Of a DNA stretch of 64,000 bases, positions 28,884-39,196 are shown piece by piece. How positions within the stretch are numbered: the stretch's first letter is position 1; every line of letters begins with the position of its first letter. Location of the stretch: the NCBI GenBank assembly GCA_043228905.1, contig JBHGNT010000010.1, positions 2,418,001 to 2,482,000 of the forward strand. Direction: 5' to 3'. Both the position numbers and the translations under genes were made by a program. The notes under the pieces were generated by a model, which was not told the DNA's origin, ran no database searches, and saw nothing but the letters and a program-made list of their open reading frames with translations. The DNA comes from Azolla caroliniana. Taxonomy: Eukaryota; Plantae; Polypodiophyta.

Positions 28884-31800
28884 CTAAGCAGTTACAGTGC
28901 GAGGATTTGCTGGGACCCGAACTAATGCGGCATTTTCTTCCACATGCATTACACTTCGCATACCAACAACACCAGCAGTCAGACCAGGTGTGGTTCGCAC
29001 AAACTGGAGTGCACATTGAGCATCAGTTCTTCTATCCCCAATCTCTGGAAACCACTCACGAACTTCAGGTTTGAAGCAATTGGAGAAGTTTGCCTACAAG
29101 GATTTGAACATTTGGTTATATTTAAGTAAACTCCAAATGCAATGTATCTATGTCAAATCACATGTCATGTAAAACTTTTGTTTTAAGTTAGATAAAATGC
29201 AATCAAATTTTATTTAGATATACATATTTAGATCAATATAGATTGAATCCAAATAGCATTAACTTAAATCCAGTTATATCTTAAGTTGAATTGGTTCTCA
29301 CTTAAATACTAGTCAATCTTAAATATGGTAATATCACTGTTAAATCCAATACAATAAGAGGCTTCTGTCAATTAAAATAGGAAAAGAAAACTAAGATCAA
29401 TGCACGTACTTGGTTAATGGCAGCTGTCCCTATGACTTGAACCCCAAGCTGATGTGCAGCATGAAGAGCAGGCATACGTTTCCCCTTGACAGATTGAACA
29501 GGTGATATGGCTGCATCCTTGTGTCTCAGACTGTATGGAAGCTGTACAACCTTGAAATGATGGTTCTCTCCCGCTAGACATGGAAATGGCACATTATGTT
29601 AGGAAATGTGGGTACTTACCAAATTGTAATATCTAAAGCCCGCTGTATTTCTAGATCCAAATCCTATTTCACAATATCAGAGCATATAATGTATGAAAAA
29701 TAATATGGTATCTACCCTACTGCCTCCATCCATTCCAAAAAGCACATGTACTTCTGTAGTCCAGAAATGATGTCACATGATCAGTGCATATCATAAATAC
29801 AGTGGATTATATGGACATCTCAAATATCGTATTCATTTCTAAACAGCACATGTATTTCTAGAGTCTAATGTATTCTTATCATCATCTAAATCTTCCATTT
29901 CTACTACTCATCAGTGCTTCATAATCAATCAATCTTGTTGTCATACTTCTCTACTACTTCTGAGTGTTTCTTCTAATAATCGATACATTCTATAAATGTA
30001 ACAATGTATATAAGAAGCTATCCATATCATTTCCCTCATCATTAAAAGCATCCTGGACTAAAGGCATACAATTAGGGATTAAATTAACAACATGAGACAT
30101 CATTCGTATAGATAGTCCTTCTGATTTAAAATTTCATACGCAGCATCAATGTCTTCCAAATTTCCAAAGCAAAGGACAAATCAAACTCTTATGTAACATA
30201 ATCACATCCAAAAAGAATTCTTCAAATAAAACGGGAAAGAGTGACAAATGTTTACCAACATCTTTCGCAAAATAAACCAATTCTTCCAAGCTTAAAGAAA
30301 GCTTGCCACTTGAAGCTATTCGAAATGCATTCCACGAGGCTACACCATACATCGAGATCTTTCCAGCTGCCACACATTCCTCCATAGCTTCAAATGCAGA
30401 TTTAATTCGAGAGAGCACAGTTTGTCGAGGAACAACATTCAGTTGAATTTCAGGATTATGAACAAAATAGATGTCAATTGTCTCTAGGTTCATGTTTCTC
30501 CTACTAATCTCGACCTGTTTGCACAAATAATAAGAAACTCTCTCCCTCCCTCTCTTACTCTCCCTCTCTTACTCTCCCTCTCTCTCTTACTATGCGCACT
30601 TTGCCCTAACCAAGTTCGAGAGTCTGAGCATCACACTTTGATACAATGCTCTGCCTTTAATCATATTCAACCATGCTTTCCACACATCTTCGACCAAGCC
30701 CAATCCTTGCACGAATTCCTCTTAAAACCACAATGTCCAATCTCGATTGCAATATTCATTGGTTAAGTTCTTGAACATTGAGAGTCACCACTCACTTTCA
30801 CATGTATCATGTGAAATGTAACATTTTTGGTCTCATAAGTCATATTTGACCTCCAAAGACGATAATAGAATCTATCTATCTATCCGGACATGTCAGAAGG
30901 TGCCCTTTTAATTATTTAGTATCAATATTTGTGTTTCTAATTTGGGACGAGGCATCAAAATAATATTACACAAGCACTAATATCTCCCACAAAATAATAC
31001 ATAAGGTTGGTGAACAAAAAGATGTTTATAGGTATTAGAACCATTGGTCAAAACTCACTTGGTTTTTAAGAAATGGCCCTGATAGGCAATGGCAACCTCC
31101 CACAAATTCGTTCAACTGAAAAAGTCCTGTTTTCACATATGTATCATCAATATATGTCCGTGGCTCAATATCCTCGCGGAAATCAAAGGATAAAAATCCT
31201 GCTTTCGAGCATACAATCACTTCATTCCTTTCAATCAGCTTCTGTTTGATTGCCCGATTTAATAGATGTCCAATGGCCACCTCACTTCGCATGTTTCTGA
31301 AGTTGCTTGCACTGTATCATCAAAAATATAATCCAAACATTATAGAATAACATAAGAACTACAAACTACCATGGATGAAAATGAATAATCCATAGCATAT
31401 TAGCATGCACATATGCATATCAATCATGTGCATATGTTTATATCAATTATATGTATTTTGATTAATGTAGGCGTATTTGAGCATAACAGATATGAAGGCA
31501 CTAGTAAGTCTCTAGTATGTATATACATATATATTAAATACATACATATATGTGTATGTATTTCATTAATATTGGAAGGTTCCCAGCACTGGATGTGAGA
31601 AGATGCCTACCAGTCAATGAAGTTGATGCCAAGAGTCATACTTCTTGTAACCGACTCTATATAGTCTCGGTCTTCTGCATCACTATCAGAACCTAGGTAA
31701 GTCCCATGTCCAAGTGAGGACACAACAAGATCTCCAGTTTTAGGGGTTCCTCTCAGTGTTCTGAAATGACCAGCAGCTGTCATACATGAAGAAAAGCTAC

Positions 31801-32907
31801 ATATCAATTCAAAGACACGGGAAAGATCTCGATTACTTTCAGATATACGCTTACACAAAGATAAAAAAGAGATGTATATCTAAATCTAGGTTTTCCAAAA
31901 CATGAATTTAATCTATCAGTACGAACCAACATGAAAAAGACCCATTGCTTTCATAAGTGTAGCTTCTCCAAAGAGCACAAAGAGAGGGAGGTTCAAAACA
32001 GGGTTTTTAAAACATGAATTTACACGTGACTTCTAGCAAACAGACATATCCATTAGCTACAGATATGCATGGCAATAAATGGCAAGGTGATGCTGCATTA
32101 ACCACTGTTTAGATAAAGCAGACATAGCCATTAGCGACAGATATGCATGATACAAGCACGATAGATGGATTTCAAAATCCCAAGAAAAGGATAAAAACAG
32201 GAACAAATGGCTAACATTGCTATCATCAATCAATAAACGGCAAGGTGAAGCTGCAGTAACCACTGCTTAGCTAAAACAGACGAAGAAAAAAGAAGAAGAA
32301 GAACGGAGGTCCAAAGCAACATTTGAAAACAGGAACCAAATGGCAACGTTACTAACGGCATCAAGCAGGGTAGGCGTCATTTAAACCACATCAGCCACTG
32401 TTTTAGATCATACGGAAGAAATGGAGATAGAATACTCAAAGCAAGGGTTTAAAAACGCGAGACGTTATAGGTCTACATCAGGCATTAAGCAGCACAGAGG
32501 AAATGCTAGGGCAGGTCGGACTCTCGTTAATGTGGCACCGAGGAGGAAGAAGAAGACGAGCTAGATCCATAGACGAGAAAGGGGTAGAGAGGTAGCGCAA
32601 ATTCAGATCAACAGCTATCAGAAGAGAATCAATCAAACAAAGCATAAACGAGGAAACGAGAGACACAGAGAGGGAGGGAGGAGGAAGAGGAAGAAGAAGA
32701 AATACCTGCTTGACCTGCAAATCGTTGTGCATAGCGGGTGGTACCGGCGGCGTCAGCGTGTCCAGGTATGTAGTTGGAAGAAGAAGACGGATATGTGGCG
32801 GCCACGGAGGAGAAGGAAGAAGGGAGGTGATGATACCTGGGAGAGGAAAGGGGGCGGCGACGCCATGGCTGGGCTCTGAGGAGCGCACGAGCGGCGGTGG
32901 TGGCCAT
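28884..32907 (-). CDS. Aldo/keto reductase-family protein of bacterial-type subfamily, probable organellar transit peptide; 6 exons
   Basis: Exons 32907-32706, 31776-31611, 31311-31059, 30514-30256, 29573-29410 and 29093-28884 join in frame at GT-AG sites. Motifs: VSSLGHGTYLG, GINFIDCASNF, VIVCSKAG, IDIYFVHNPE, GKISMYGVA, VVQLPYS, AQCALQFVR, VGMRSVMHVEEN. An in-frame upstream ATG at 33027 is an alternative start. Confidence 0.88.
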
Positions 32908-33070
32908 GGCTATGGCTATGGCTATGGATTCTCTGTACTGCGTTCTTCCCTTCTCTGTGTGTTTCCTGAGAAGAGCGAGAGAAGAAGAAGAAGAAGAAGA
33001 AGAAGAGGGTTTTGCTGCGATGGGCATGAAATGAGAAGAGTGGGGGGGGGTTTAAGGATTTGTCTTTGAC

Positions 33071-33199
33071 CCATACATACATACATACATACATACATAC
33101 ATACATACATTACATACATACATAGATAGGCGCACACATACATTACATACATACATACATAGGCGCACACATACATTACATAGATACATAGATAGGCAC
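33071..33199 (+). repeat. (CATA)n microsatellite grading into a ~33-bp minisatellite (left flank of MULE-1)
   Basis: About 9 CATA units, then units of ataggc(a/g)cacacatacattacatacatac. Confidence 0.9.
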
Positions 33200-33340
33200 G
33201 CTCGTTGCTATCCTGCACCAAATCATAAAGAGGGCTGGTGAGGGAATCGCGGCCACAGACGGTGCAGGTCGCCTAGAGGAAGGTGCGTGCGATCTGCACC
33301 GTCAGATTTCGATAAGGAAGAGCGCGCGGAAAAAAAAGTT

Positions 33341-33582
33341 GTCAGAGGTCGCCCAACTCTGAGTCGATGGTCACCCAACCCTGTCAGAGGTCACCCAACT
33401 CTGAGTCGATGGTCACCCAACCCTGTCAGAGGTCACCCAACTCTGAGTCGTTGGTCGCCCAACCGAAATTGGTCACCCAACTATGACTGTTGCAAGTTGC
33501 CCAACCGTTTTAGGTCACCCAACCCTGACAGTTACAGGTTGCCCAACCGATTGGTCTCCCAACCGTTGCAGGTCGCCCAACC
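33341..33582 (+). repeat. Left subterminal array of about 12 GGTC(A/G/T)CCCAAC motifs, including a 42-bp unit x3
   Basis: gtcagaggtc(a/g)cccaactctgagtcg at 33341, 33383 and 33425; further motif copies every ~18-24 bp. Confidence 0.88.
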
Positions 33583-33633
33583 AAATGTATCATTCCAACC
33601 AAAATCTTCAAATAAGCTTGTTAATTACCCTTA

Positions 33634-33906
33634 AAACTTACAATAACATATCAAATAGTCACAAAATTCAACCTTAAAATACTTAAAACCGACGATCTTT
33701 ACCATACTTATGTTAAAACAAATAATCATATTAAAACATAAAAGTTGAAAGTTAAAAAACATTTAAAACATAAAACGAAGAATGTAAACTTACAATAACA
33801 TATCAAATAGTCACAAAATTCAACCTTAAATTACTTAAAACCGACGATCTTTACCATACTTCTGTTAAAACAAATAATCCTGGCAAAACATAAAAGTTGA
33901 AAGTTA
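33634..33906. repeat. 152-bp period tandem duplication just 3' of the transposase stop
   Basis: aaacttacaataacatatcaaatagtcacaaaattcaaccttaaa occurs at 33634 and 33786. Confidence 0.85.
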
Positions 33907-33914
33907 CCAAACAT

Positions 33915-36839
33915 TTATGGCTCATCCGGAGATGATGGCAAGATGCGACCACAATTCTTGCAACAATCAACATTTGAGTCCCTTGATCTAAAGGTCAAGG
34001 CATCGCAATGCAAGCATCGCATTTTATCTGTCGCACATATTGGCAACCGCCTCCTAGCTCGACTTGCGCCTCTTTGCATTTTTCCTGTGTGTGCCTTGGA
34101 AGTGTTTGGGGAGCTGCCAATAAGATCTTGTGAAATGTTGATTGATGCTCCCCTTTTTGCACCAATTGCTTGCTTACGCCCTATGGATCCACGGTCTTCT
34201 TCGTTAGTTGGTTTCGGTGCACCTGTGTGATACACCAATGTCTCACTTGTTTCTTGAATGGACTCCATACATGCCAAAATTGTTGCACAGTCGAGGGATT
34301 GTAACCCTTGCTTAAAACATTGAATAGCCCCCTCAAGCGTTTGTAATTTCGACAAACATTCCTCCACTCGTGATGTTATAGGGTTTGTCTCCTCGACTGG
34401 TTCTACCTCTGTCTCCATTTCCGTCTCTGTGAAATGGTCATTGCGCATATAGGTTGCATGATCTATAAAAGGCAATGACCCACATAGATGTGGCATGTGC
34501 CTCTCAATAATCATCCTGATGCCAAGTATATGCTTACATTTACTCGCAGGGTCGTGGCAATCACAATATGAACATTGGAGCGATACATTATACCATACAT
34601 CCGGTTTTGTCAAGCTCAATATTTTAAACCAATATCGAGGCTCGTCCACAATATGCATTGTCGCATTATTAGTTTCATACCTCTCTAGTAGCCTTTCGGC
34701 CTCTTTAAGTCTAGTTGTTTGATCCCTACAATTTGCACGTGGTGCAAATCTACCACTCTCACATATTTCTTGTCGTTGCTTGTACCATTCAATAACAGTA
34801 CCCCCGATGCAAGTGCCAGTTTGACTGTCCCCGATTAAAACATGCACAAGATCGGTAATTGATCGGTTTATCCTCCCTCTTAAGGCAGTATATTTGATAA
34901 ACTGCCAATGTCTCTCCACAAGATTGGTAGTGTCAACATGTCCGTAGTTGAACATTCTACCAAATTTGGGCCACAGTTTCCTCCACACACATGTCAAGCC
35001 ACACCATCCTCCTTCTATATATTGCCAAACACCTGGCTTGTTTGCATATTCTACCTTTAAGTCCTCACATTGGGCATTGAATGTGGATTCCGTAATGCAT
35101 TGCATGAGTTGGCACATCCGATTATAAAGGTGGTTTCTCTCACTTGCACTTACCTTTGGCAACAAGTTGTCCAACCATGCTTTTTTTGCATGGAAGTGAC
35201 ACAACAAAAGTCGACAATGTGTTTGCGACCTTTGCCCATTTGTAACTATCCAAGATAATCGGTCTGTTGCAACCACATTACTTATGGCATTATACGATGT
35301 CCAACTTTTATCGATGACTATGGCATTTGGCCTCACATTGGGCATCCGTGCAAATATGACTCTCAAGCAAGTTTCTAAAGCTACTTGCTCATGGTTAGAC
35401 CCCTTATCAGAACTACATATCATGTACCATAATGGGATACCAACTCCCATGGCATTTGGAGCCACAGCTGCATATAATGGCAAGCCAAATTGGTTTGTTT
35501 TAAACGTGGAGTCGATTGCCCAAGAGTTGTTTATCGACAGTCGCTCACACATCTCTAACATCCATTCATCTTGGAGCACCAAGATGAACGGTTGCCTTGC
35601 GGGAGATCCATATTCACCAGGCAAGTAGGGTTGGACATGAGCCACCTTCCCAAGATCTCGGAGGGCATAGGCATCTTGCATCATCAAAGACCAATCAACC
35701 CCTGACATGGCACTCCCGATTTTTAACTTGTTGGCCATGTTATTGACCTCCTTTGGTATCATAAAGAACCTATAACTCACAAGGTCTAATGGACTAGCCT
35801 TGGACTTATGATATGCTTCCTTACGCATGCTCATCCGTGCCACGTGTCGTGCGCAACCAACATCAAAAAGGTCATCTCTACAACAACTTATAACATTTGG
35901 GGCCACTGGCAAATAGTATGCATCTGGTCTACTTCCCGGTACATGACCCGTATGAGGTCCATATATTGAAAGGGTCACTGTCCCATGGTCAACCCCGCCA
36001 TTCATTCGAGCGTTCACATGAAAAGTACACCCACATCGAGATGAATGCTTTCTACGTCGAGTGCATGGATATTGCTTGTTGGCCACACCGAATCGGTGAC
36101 AATTATACCTAGTCACATGTGCACCCCTTGTGACCCCTGTACGAAAGCGTGTGTGATACCTCAATTGAACATCTATCAACGTATCATCAACCCTATGTGC
36201 CTCTATCTTGATCACTTCTATGGGTCTAGACTTTTTATATTTCACGACACTTGTCCCCTCCATGTCAGATGGAGTTAACCTCGACACAACTTGACAACCG
36301 CATTGGTCAATCACTGCTTTCACATACGCACTAGGGATCCCATAGTCACGAAGGTCATTGGACCAATTTCTCTTTAATTCTGTCAGAGTACCTGTCAAAG
36401 AACGGTGCGATGCGCCACAATGTGACGCCAATACTATCTCCCTCCATTTCTCTACGTGCGTAATCTGAAGATGAGGCGATGCCTTAAGGTGTATTGCATT
36501 CTCACTCATAAGCGTGAGACGACTCTTCATGCGCCTCCATGCATGTAAATTAAGAGGTGCCCCCCTTGCGAGTGTGCTTAATATTTCAAATGTTACCTTA
36601 ACTTGACCTAATAAATCTTTAAGCATTAAATCGTACATACCTCTAGTGAACGCAATATACCTCGCCGAACAATACATGAAGGGATCAACCTCCTCCGCCT
36701 CTTCTTCGGATGAAGCCGACTCATAGTCTTCGGATGTAGACGAATCCAAGTCATCGTCGATGGTTGCGGAGTATGGTGATGCATAACCATCCTCAGAATC
36801 ATACAAGGACGTGATTAAATCTATTTCGTTGGGATTCAT
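33915..36839 (-). CDS. MULE/Mutator-family DDE transposase with SWIM zinc finger (974 aa)
   Basis: WAIDSTFKTN (first D), IVIDKS (second D), LLCHFH (CxxH), TTNLVERHW (E), SWIM-like CDCHDPASKCKH, FAR1/WRKY-GCM1-like YNCHR...RCGC...HTGH and C-terminal CLHC...CKNC. Uninterrupted ORF. Confidence 0.93.
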   Translation of the reverse strand: MNPNEIDLITSLYDSEDGYASPYSATIDDDLDSSTSEDYESASSEEEAEEVDPFMYCSARYIAFTRGMYDLMLKDLLGQVKVTFEILSTLARGAPLNLHAWRRMKSRLTLMSENAIHLKASPHLQITHVEKWREIVLASHCGASHRSLTGTLTELKRNWSNDLRDYGIPSAYVKAVIDQCGCQVVSRLTPSDMEGTSVVKYKKSRPIEVIKIEAHRVDDTLIDVQLRYHTRFRTGVTRGAHVTRYNCHRFGVANKQYPCTRRRKHSSRCGCTFHVNARMNGGVDHGTVTLSIYGPHTGHVPGSRPDAYYLPVAPNVISCCRDDLFDVGCARHVARMSMRKEAYHKSKASPLDLVSYRFFMIPKEVNNMANKLKIGSAMSGVDWSLMMQDAYALRDLGKVAHVQPYLPGEYGSPARQPFILVLQDEWMLEMCERLSINNSWAIDSTFKTNQFGLPLYAAVAPNAMGVGIPLWYMICSSDKGSNHEQVALETCLRVIFARMPNVRPNAIVIDKSWTSYNAISNVVATDRLSWIVTNGQRSQTHCRLLLCHFHAKKAWLDNLLPKVSASERNHLYNRMCQLMQCITESTFNAQCEDLKVEYANKPGVWQYIEGGWCGLTCVWRKLWPKFGRMFNYGHVDTTNLVERHWQFIKYTALRGRINRSITDLVHVLIGDSQTGTCIGGTVIEWYKQRQEICESGRFAPRANCRDQTTRLKEAERLLERYETNNATMHIVDEPRYWFKILSLTKPDVWYNVSLQCSYCDCHDPASKCKHILGIRMIIERHMPHLCGSLPFIDHATYMRNDHFTETEMETEVEPVEETNPITSRVEECLSKLQTLEGAIQCFKQGLQSLDCATILACMESIQETSETLVYHTGAPKPTNEEDRGSIGRKQAIGAKRGASINISQDLIGSSPNTSKAHTGKMQRGASRARRRLPICATDKMRCLHCDALTFRSRDSNVDCCKNCGRILPSSPDEP

Positions 36840-36845
36840 CTCGAA

Positions 36846-37310
36846 TGAATCTAACTAATCTGATTAAGAATCTAACTAATCTGGTTATAAGAATCTAACT
36901 AATCTGATTATACCTGATTAAGAATCCCCCTAATATGATTAAGACTCTAACTAATCTTATTAAGAATCTAACTAATGTGATTAAGAATCCCCCTAATCTG
37001 ATTAAGAATCTAACTAATCTTATTAAGAATCTACAAAATCTGATTATAATTGATTAAGAATCTAACTAAGATGATTAAGAATCTAACTAATCTGATTAAG
37101 AATCCCCCTAATCTGATTAAGAATCTAACTAATCTTATTAAGAATCTACAAAATCTGATTATAACTGATTAATAATCTAACTAAGATGATTAAGAATCTA
37201 ACTAATCTGATTAAGAATCCCCCTAATCTGATTAAGAATCTAACTAATCTTATTAAGAATCTAACTAATCTGATTATAACTGATTAAGAATATAACTAAT
37301 CCTGATTAGC
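36846..37310. repeat. AT-rich ~21-bp minisatellite immediately upstream of the transposase ATG
   Basis: About 20 units of aagaatctaactaatctgatt, with variants (aagaatccccctaatctgatt) in a higher-order pattern. Confidence 0.92.
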
Positions 37311-37541
37311 TTTTAGAGATTGTGCAAAATAAGAATGTGATTAAGACGCAGAATGTGATTATAAGACAGATATTGGAGATGCAATGAGCTATGATTAAAA
37401 TGACAGAGAATGGTTTAAAGTGACAGAGAATGTGATTAATTTACATGTTAAGATGACCGTTTTTCTGGCCGTTTACATAACAGGTTGGGCGACCTGGTTG
37501 GGTGACCAAAACAAAAGATAATTAATTTTAAAAGGTTTGGG

Positions 37542-37882
37542 CAATACCACAACTTGCGATTGGTTTAAAACCATACATTCAGAACATCCACAATAATTGT
37601 TGGGAACAACATTTCCATTAACAAGTAATCGCGTTTACAATACCACAACTTGCGATTGGTTTAAAACCATACATTCAGAACATCCACAATAATTGTTGGG
37701 AACAACATTTCCATTAACAAGTAATCGCGTTTACAATACCACAACTTGCGATTGGTTTAAAACCATACATTCAGAACATCCACAATAATTGTTGGGAACA
37801 ACATTTCCATTAACAAGTAATCGCGTTTACAATACCACAACTTCCGATTGGTTTAAAACCATACATTCAGATCATCCACAAT
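37542..37882. repeat. 96-bp tandem repeat, 3.5 near-identical copies, overlapping the stop codon of the accessory gene
   Basis: caataccacaactt(g/c)cgattggtttaaaaccatacattcaga starts at 37542, 37638, 37734 and 37830. Confidence 0.93.
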
Positions 37883-38509
37883 ATTCGGATATATTTTTGT
37901 CGATTTCTGTAGTACTTGATTTCCGGGTCCATGAATCTTTTGAGTGATCTTTGACGCTCATAACTGTTAAAGCATGCCCCCGGAATACCCTCCTCCTCCT
38001 CTATACGCATCCCTCGTGGTAGGACTACGTCTATTGCATGTTCTCTGCGTAAATGTGACTCCATGTCACTTTTTTTCCGATACCACCTTGGCGAGAGGCG
38101 GCAAAACTCAGTGTAGATACATGCACGAGCCTTGTTCCCATTTGCATCTCTTCCAACCTTATACAACAAGTCGGGACGAGGAGCAACTGTTCCTTCTGCA
38201 CATGTGTTACATATTTAAGATTGACATAAAGATTGGCATAAAGATTGAGATATTGCAACGACACCAAATCCACATACCATTTGGAGGAGCATCTTGGTCC
38301 ATTTTGTCCCCACTCGTACACATGTCGGCTCCTCGACTTCGCCAATGTCTTCTAACGAAGACCCTTTAACAAATCACGAGTCAACATACATGCATCAAAC
38401 CCTAAACCATTCTTGGGGGAGATTGGTTCGTGACATACCTCTCTTGAGTTGGATATATATCACTGTTATCGAAATCCCACCAATCTTTGTACTTGGAGTT
38501 GGAAGTCAT
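37867..38509 (-). CDS. Putative 3-exon transposon accessory gene, 161 aa, single C2H2-like zinc finger
   Basis: Exons 38509-38439, 38363-38278 and 38195-37867. Both introns (75 and 82 nt) begin GTATGT and end AG with compatible phases. Product: MTSNSKYKDWWDFDNSDIYPTQERVFVRRHWRSRGADMCTSGDKMDQDAPPNEGTVAPRPDLLYKVGRDANGNKARACIYTEFCRLSPRWYRKKSDMESHLRREH...ILWMI. Confidence 0.7.
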
Positions 38510-38816
38510 CTACCCCCATTCAAGTAATCAAACATTTTTTGATTTTAGTACTCAAACACACAAAATATCAAGTTTAAGCAAGCAAATCATTCAAAACCAA
38601 CAATCAAAATATAGATGATTAAATCAAGTTTAAGCAAGCAAATCTAGTGAACGCAAGATCATAATAAGTTTGATAGGCCTCACCTATAGTGTGGATAAGA
38701 GTGGTTACATCCTCTTCTAGATTATGCCTTCAAGATACTGGCTGGGATTAGAGTGGCTGGAAATCAACAAAGCCTTGCCTATTAGATCCTATTATACTTC
38801 ACTTATGGTTCGCTTA

Positions 38817-38958
38817 TCTTCTTGTCTATAGTGACTCTAAACCCTAAAGCTTAAACATGTCTATGCATCAATATGGTCCATACAATCTTCTTGTCTATAG
38901 TGACTCTAAACCCTAAAGCTTAAACATGTCTATGCATCAATATGGTCCATACAATCTT
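38817..38958. repeat. 69-bp tandem duplication containing a telo-box (aaaccctaa)
   Basis: cttgtctatagtgactctaaaccctaaagcttaaacatgtctatgcatcaatatggtccatacaatctt occurs at 38821 and 38890. Confidence 0.85.
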
Positions 38959-39181
38959 GCTTGTTTTCATTATTATTAAGAAGCGATGAATATAACATTG
39001 TGGAAGATATAATAACAAGGAGCATACCTGGGAATAGTGATGGAGGAGATCGATTTGTGATGGAGGAGATCGATTTGTGCAGCCACAGACGATTTGTGAT
39101 GGAGGAGCTCCCACCTCTTTCCCGGCAAACCCAACCTGTCAATCTCGTTTGAAAAAATGACAGATTATGACAGGTTTAGGG

Positions 39182-39189
39182 CTTTTATA
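39182..39189 (-). promoter_or_regulatory. Candidate TATA box for the accessory gene
   Basis: TATAAAAG on the minus strand, just inside the right subterminal array and pointing into the element. Confidence 0.4.
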
Positions 39190-39196
39190 GACATCC

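Noticed and set aside
33287-33634. 115-aa ORF with RGHPTLSRWSPNPV repeats
   Set aside because: A by-product of the 42-bp subterminal repeat, whose length is a multiple of 3.
37542-37882. 96-bp repeats as a CRISPR-like array
   Set aside because: The units are contiguous and near-identical with no unique spacers, there are no cas genes, and the context is an intron-containing eukaryotic genome.
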